Under the pieces are notes generated by a model. The model made no database searches, had not been told where the DNA came from, and saw only the letters and a list, made by a program, of their open reading frames with translations. DNA of 62,921 nucleotides, counting the filler, from Candidatus Woesearchaeota archaeon CG1_02_57_44 (GTDB taxonomy: Archaea > Nanobdellota > Nanobdellia > Woesearchaeales > CG1-02-57-44): the NCBI GenBank assembly GCA_001871415.1. It is 5 parts of 5 records of this genome, joined end to end, with 100 filler letters (N's around TTAATTAATTAA, not from the genome) between each part and the next. Parts side by side here need not be neighbours in the genome. Positions count along the whole stretch, not along the records: positions 54,934 to 62,921 come from MNWW01000055.1; 4 more parts are not named here. One strand, written 5' to 3'. The translations under genes and the position numbers were made by a program. Numbering within the stretch: the stretch's first letter is position 1; every line of letters begins with the position of its first letter. Shown piece after piece: positions 59,386 through 62,921 of this stretch.

Positions 59386-60792
59386 TTATCCCATCCACTC
59401 TGTCTTCAATTCCAGTAACCGCCCCCTGCTGATAGCGTCGCGTATCTCGCTCATCAGTCCAAGGATGACCGTCAGATTATGGATGCTGGCGAGCCGGTAG
59501 TAGAGCAATTCCTTGCTCATGAACAGGTGTCGCAGGAAGCCCATGCTGTGCCTGCAGCACTGGCAGCCGCAGTGGCTGTCCAGCGGCTGTGTTGATGCCT
59601 TCCATCTGGCCAGCTTCACGCTCGTCCTGAATTTGTTGCGTGGTGTGCCGCCCGCCCGGGGATGCAGCAGCAGATGTCCGCTCCGGGCGATGCGCGTGGG
59701 CATGACGCAGTCGAACGTGTCGATGCCGCGCGAGACGCTCCAGAAGATATCCTCCACCGTGCCGATGCCCAGCAGGTGGCGCGGCAGCTCATCAGGCACA
59801 AGCGGGATAGTCCAGTCCAGCACCGCGAGCATGTCCTGTTTGCTCTTGCCCAGAGAGCCACCGATGGCGATGCCGTCAAAGCCAGGAGGGACGCACATTG
59901 TCCCTGCGCCGCCACTGCATCCTTCCTCTTTCATTCCTTTTCCTTTCAGTGCATCTGTCGCAATTCCGTTCTGTGTGCGCATCCCCACAATCGCCTTCGC
60001 GCTCTCCCGGCGCAAATCCTCGTACGCGCCGCCCTGGACAATACCATAGAGTCCCTGCCCATCAGGAGCCAAGCCGGAGGCGAGCGCCTGGTGATGCGCG
60101 TCAAGACACTGCTGCGCCCAGCGGTGCGTGCGGCGCATGGCCGTCGCGGTATAGTCTTTGTCTGACAGGGGGCTGGTGCATTCATCAAAGGCCAGTATCA
60201 GGTCAGCGCCCAGCGTGTGCTGGATGCGCATGCTCTCCTCTGGCGTGAGCAGGACCCATCTGCCATCGAATGGGCTGCGGAACCTGACTCCTTCTTCGGT
60301 GACGCGCGCGAGCTTTGGCTCTGGTCGCTTGCGCTGTGGGCCGGGGGGTAGCACGATGGTGTGTGTTTGGTCGCCTCCATCTGCTCTGTGTGCCTCTCCT
60401 TCGTCTCCTCCTGCTTTCCCCTGTTCCCTGCGTTCGCCCGTCACTTCATCCGGGAAGATGCTCGCAATCTTGCCGACACCGTGCTCCATGCCAAAGCCCA
60501 GAGAGAATGCCTGGAATCCACCAGAGTCAGTCATGAACGGTCTGTGCCACGAGGAGAACCCGTGCAGGCCACCGTGCGCGCCGACCAACTGCTCGCCTAT
60601 CTTCAGATGCAGATGGAAGGTGTTGGCCATGAGTATCTGCGCGTGCAGCGCTTCCATGTCGTCCATGCCAAGGGCCTTGACCGCGCCGGCTGTCGCGACA
60701 GGCATGAAGGCAGGTGTCTGTATGTCACCGTGGGCGGTGCTGATGCTGCCCACGCGAGCAGAGCCGTCCTTCGCAGTGATGGAGAAGTCCAT
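59386..60792 (-). CDS. tgt: Bacterial-type tRNA-guanine transglycosylase with two insertions
   Basis: TPAFMPV, NTFHL, TDSGGFQ, FDECT, IVQGG, GGSLG, HLLGIG, DTFDCVMPTR, CxCxxC...H Zn site; no PUA domain. Confidence 0.93.
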   Translation of the reverse strand: MDFSITAKDGSARVGSISTAHGDIQTPAFMPVATAGAVKALGMDDMEALHAQILMANTFHLHLKIGEQLVGAHGGLHGFSSWHRPFMTDSGGFQAFSLGFGMEHGVGKIASIFPDEVTGERREQGKAGGDEGEAHRADGGDQTHTIVLPPGPQRKRPEPKLARVTEEGVRFRSPFDGRWVLLTPEESMRIQHTLGADLILAFDECTSPLSDKDYTATAMRRTHRWAQQCLDAHHQALASGLAPDGQGLYGIVQGGAYEDLRRESAKAIVGMRTQNGIATDALKGKGMKEEGCSGGAGTMCVPPGFDGIAIGGSLGKSKQDMLAVLDWTIPLVPDELPRHLLGIGTVEDIFWSVSRGIDTFDCVMPTRIARSGHLLLHPRAGGTPRNKFRTSVKLARWKASTQPLDSHCGCQCCRHSMGFLRHLFMSKELLYYRLASIHNLTVILGLMSEIRDAISRGRLLELKTEWMG

Positions 60793-60794
60793 GC

Positions 60795-61529
60795 TCAGGA
60801 CCTCTCCATGTCATGGGCAGTGGTCACCAGCGCGACCGCGAGGGGCTGGGTGTCTTGCAACCCATACAGGGAGGTGCCGACATCATAGAGCCGCTCCTGT
60901 ATCCGGGCGTGATCAAGCTTTGCTTGGCCATAGGCGCACTGCAGGGCGACAGATGCGATGTGCGCTGCGGCATCCGTGGAGTAGGGAGGCGTGTTGCGCA
61001 GGAGAAAGAACTCGGTCGCGGCGTACGCGCGCCCGATAGCGAGGTCATCAGGAGAGAGAACGAGCGCGTGATAGAAGTGATACGATGCGTGGTCATATTC
61101 CTGACAATGGGTATGCAAGGTTGCGGCAAGCGCGTGCATGCCGCCGATGTATCCGAACATGCTAAGACCTTCCTGCGCAGCGACGAGACCATGGTCGTAC
61201 GCTTCCATTCCCGCATAGGACCGGGCCAATAATGAGTGGCCCTCTGGCGTGCGCATGGCGCGAAGCGAGAGCGCGGCGCACACCCTGGCAAGGCCGTAGA
61301 ATTCCTCATCCTCGAATCCTTCACCAGCCAGGCATTGGTATTGCGCGAACAGGATGCTGCCCGTGGAGGTCAGGTCATGCTCCCCGACAAGCGTTCCTGT
61401 ACTGAGGTGTATCCTGTCAAAGAGCGGCACAGCCTCATAGTGCTCATTGGCGAGCGCCTGCGAACGCAGCTCTCGCTGCTTATCCCAGAACATCAAGCTG
61501 CCAGGTATTCTCACCGTGTCAGCGAGCAT
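60795..61529 (-). CDS. Hypothetical helical-repeat (TPR-like) protein
   Basis: A/L/Y-rich helices, e.g. HSLLARSYAGMEAYDHG, HALVLSPDD; TTATATAA upstream. Confidence 0.55.
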   Translation of the reverse strand: MLADTVRIPGSLMFWDKQRELRSQALANEHYEAVPLFDRIHLSTGTLVGEHDLTSTGSILFAQYQCLAGEGFEDEEFYGLARVCAALSLRAMRTPEGHSLLARSYAGMEAYDHGLVAAQEGLSMFGYIGGMHALAATLHTHCQEYDHASYHFYHALVLSPDDLAIGRAYAATEFFLLRNTPPYSTDAAAHIASVALQCAYGQAKLDHARIQERLYDVGTSLYGLQDTQPLAVALVTTAHDMERS

Positions 61530-61684
61530 GGTCGCCTGAATTTCCCAGGCGCTTATATAATCTGCTGCTCAGAAATCATCAGGGAACTCCGATACTGCAT
61601 GCAGAATCAAAGCGTCCGCCAGGGCCGGTGTGCCCTCCTGCAGCGCCTCGCCCTGCGCATAGCAGCGCTGGGCGATCTCCTTCT

Positions 61685-61917
61685 TGGGGGTGCCTGAAGG
61701 GTGCGCCTGAGGGGTGTGTCTAAGGAGTGTGCCTAAGAGGTGCGCCTGAGGGGTGTGTCTAAGGAGTGTGCCTAAGAGGTGTGCCTGAAGGGTGTGCCTA
61801 AGAGGTGTGTCTAAGGAGTGTGCCTGAAGGGTGTGCCTAAGAGGTGTGTCTAANNNNNNNNNNNNNAAGAGGTGTGTCTAAGGAGTGTGCCTGAAGGGTG
61901 TGCCTGAGGGGTGTGAC
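61685..61917. repeat. 13-bp degenerate tandem array (consensus RRRGTGYGYCTRA), at least 16 units, with a 13-N gap
   Basis: Units such as GAGGTGTGTCTAA, GGAGTGTGCCTGA, AGGGTGTGCCTAA read directly. Confidence 0.92.
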
Positions 61918-61970
61918 AACGGAGTCTGACAGCGCAAAGACATAAAAGCGCAGGATTGCTTGCGTGCTCC

Positions 61971-62675
61971 ATGAGCAAACCTGATACTGCCGCGAAAAAA
62001 AACCTGACAGAGGACGCGACCCTGCAGGAGCCACCGCAGCAGCGCGCCCTCCTGCTGCTCTCCGGTGGCTTTGACAGCACTGTCGCAGGGAATCGGCTGG
62101 TGCAGCTGGGCTGGCAGGTGGACGCCCTGCACTTCTCTGGAGAGCCCGTGGTGCCGGATATCTCAGCGAGGGTGGCTGAGCTTGCGAGGCATATCCCTGC
62201 CAGCAGGATGTGGGTCGCGACCCTGGGTCCTGCGCAGGCAAAGATTGTCGAGCGCTGCTTTCGCAGGTTCTATTACGTCATCCTTCGGCGCCTGATGATG
62301 CGCATCGCAGCAGGGCTGGCCCGGCGCGAAAGCATCAGCGCTCTGGCGACAGGGGATAACCTTGGGCAGGTCGGCAGCCAGACTGTGGAGAACATGTTCT
62401 GCATCGACGAGGCAGCGGCGTCGGCCGGCGTGCGTGTGCTGCGCCCGGTCCTGTCATGGGACAAAGTGGATATCATCAGGCAGGCGCAGCGGATAGGCAC
62501 CTATGAGCTCTCGTCAGCGCCAGAGATGTGCAATGCGTTGGGACCTAAGGACCCGAAGACACGCTCGCGTCTTGACAAGGTGCTGCGTGAGGAGGCGCGC
62601 CTGGACATGGACGCGCTGGTCGCGGGCGCCCTGGAGGCGATGCGGGCGCAGGGTTTGGCCGCGCCATCACACTGA
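61971..62675 (+). CDS. thiI: ThiI-like tRNA sulfurtransferase, PP-loop domain only
   Basis: LLLSGGFDS, RRLMMRIA, TGDNLGQVGSQT, LRPV, IGTYELS...C; no THUMP or rhodanese domain. Confidence 0.82.
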   Translation: MSKPDTAAKKNLTEDATLQEPPQQRALLLLSGGFDSTVAGNRLVQLGWQVDALHFSGEPVVPDISARVAELARHIPASRMWVATLGPAQAKIVERCFRRFYYVILRRLMMRIAAGLARRESISALATGDNLGQVGSQTVENMFCIDEAAASAGVRVLRPVLSWDKVDIIRQAQRIGTYELSSAPEMCNALGPKDPKTRSRLDKVLREEARLDMDALVAGALEAMRAQGLAAPSH

Positions 62676-62763
62676 ACCCTGCTGTCTGTTCCTTCCGGTT
62701 GTCTGTGTCTATGTCGCTATGCGGTACTCTGGGCGGCATAGGTGCATTGGCGTTGCCGAGCGC

Positions 62764-62921
62764 TCATGACCGTCGGATGACGGTCCAGGGATCATGGTAG
62801 CCCATGGCGCAAGGCGATTGGTTGATGTCCTGCGCGACAAGGCCGATGCGCGGGAGAACGTTGTCAAGGAAGTGCGGCCCGGTGAGCAGCAGGGCGCCGT
62901 CTGGTGGCATGGTGCTGGTGA
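62764..62921 (-). CDS. 3' end of an unidentified ORF entering from beyond the window
   Basis: Open frame ...PDGALLLTGPHFLDNVLPRIGLVAQ...WTVIRRS*. Confidence 0.35.
   Translation of the reverse strand, partial: TSTMPPDGALLLTGPHFLDNVLPRIGLVAQDINQSPCAMGYHDPWTVIRRS

Noticed and set aside
61685..61917. CRISPR array
   Set aside because: 13-bp units are contiguous with no unique spacers, and no cas genes are present

Overview
Archaeal DNA, fairly GC-rich, most consistent with a DPANN (Woesearchaeota-like) metagenome-assembled genome. The assignment is inference from eS1/S3Ae, NurA, Taw1, an archaeal Lon-like S16 protease, TrmB, TATA boxes and GAGGTG-type RBSs. The window is five contigs (1-9153, 9254-39415, 39516-47696, 47797-54833, 54934-62921) joined by 100-nt N/TTAATTAATTAA linkers, so adjacency across linkers is not biological. 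Content is mostly housekeeping: hom-lysC, tRNA modification (mtaB, taw1, tgt, thiI), topA, ahcY, the AmmeMemoRadiSam trio, nucleotide-sugar enzymes, glk-tal-pgi-rpe plus a transketolase-like gene, trxB/glutaredoxin, and a >2270-aa surface protein. The most notable items were missed by the ORF track. (1) Two tandem paralogous ribbon-helix-helix microproteins sit behind a seven-unit 9-bp-period operator/centromere-like array and are coupled to a membrane-anchored protein; a highly acidic 44-aa peptide lies upstream. (2) A TrmB + B12-radical-SAM cassette is bracketed by a diverged duplicate of the 3' end of the UDP-glucuronate decarboxylase gene, resembling an integration scar. (3) There is an in-frame TGA in a DsbB gene and an A7 frameshift in the radical SAM gene. 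(4) Also present: REP/IS200-IS605-like hairpins at a contig end, a perfect 24-bp palindrome and a 13-bp tandem array. No rRNA, tRNA or CRISPR array was recognised.
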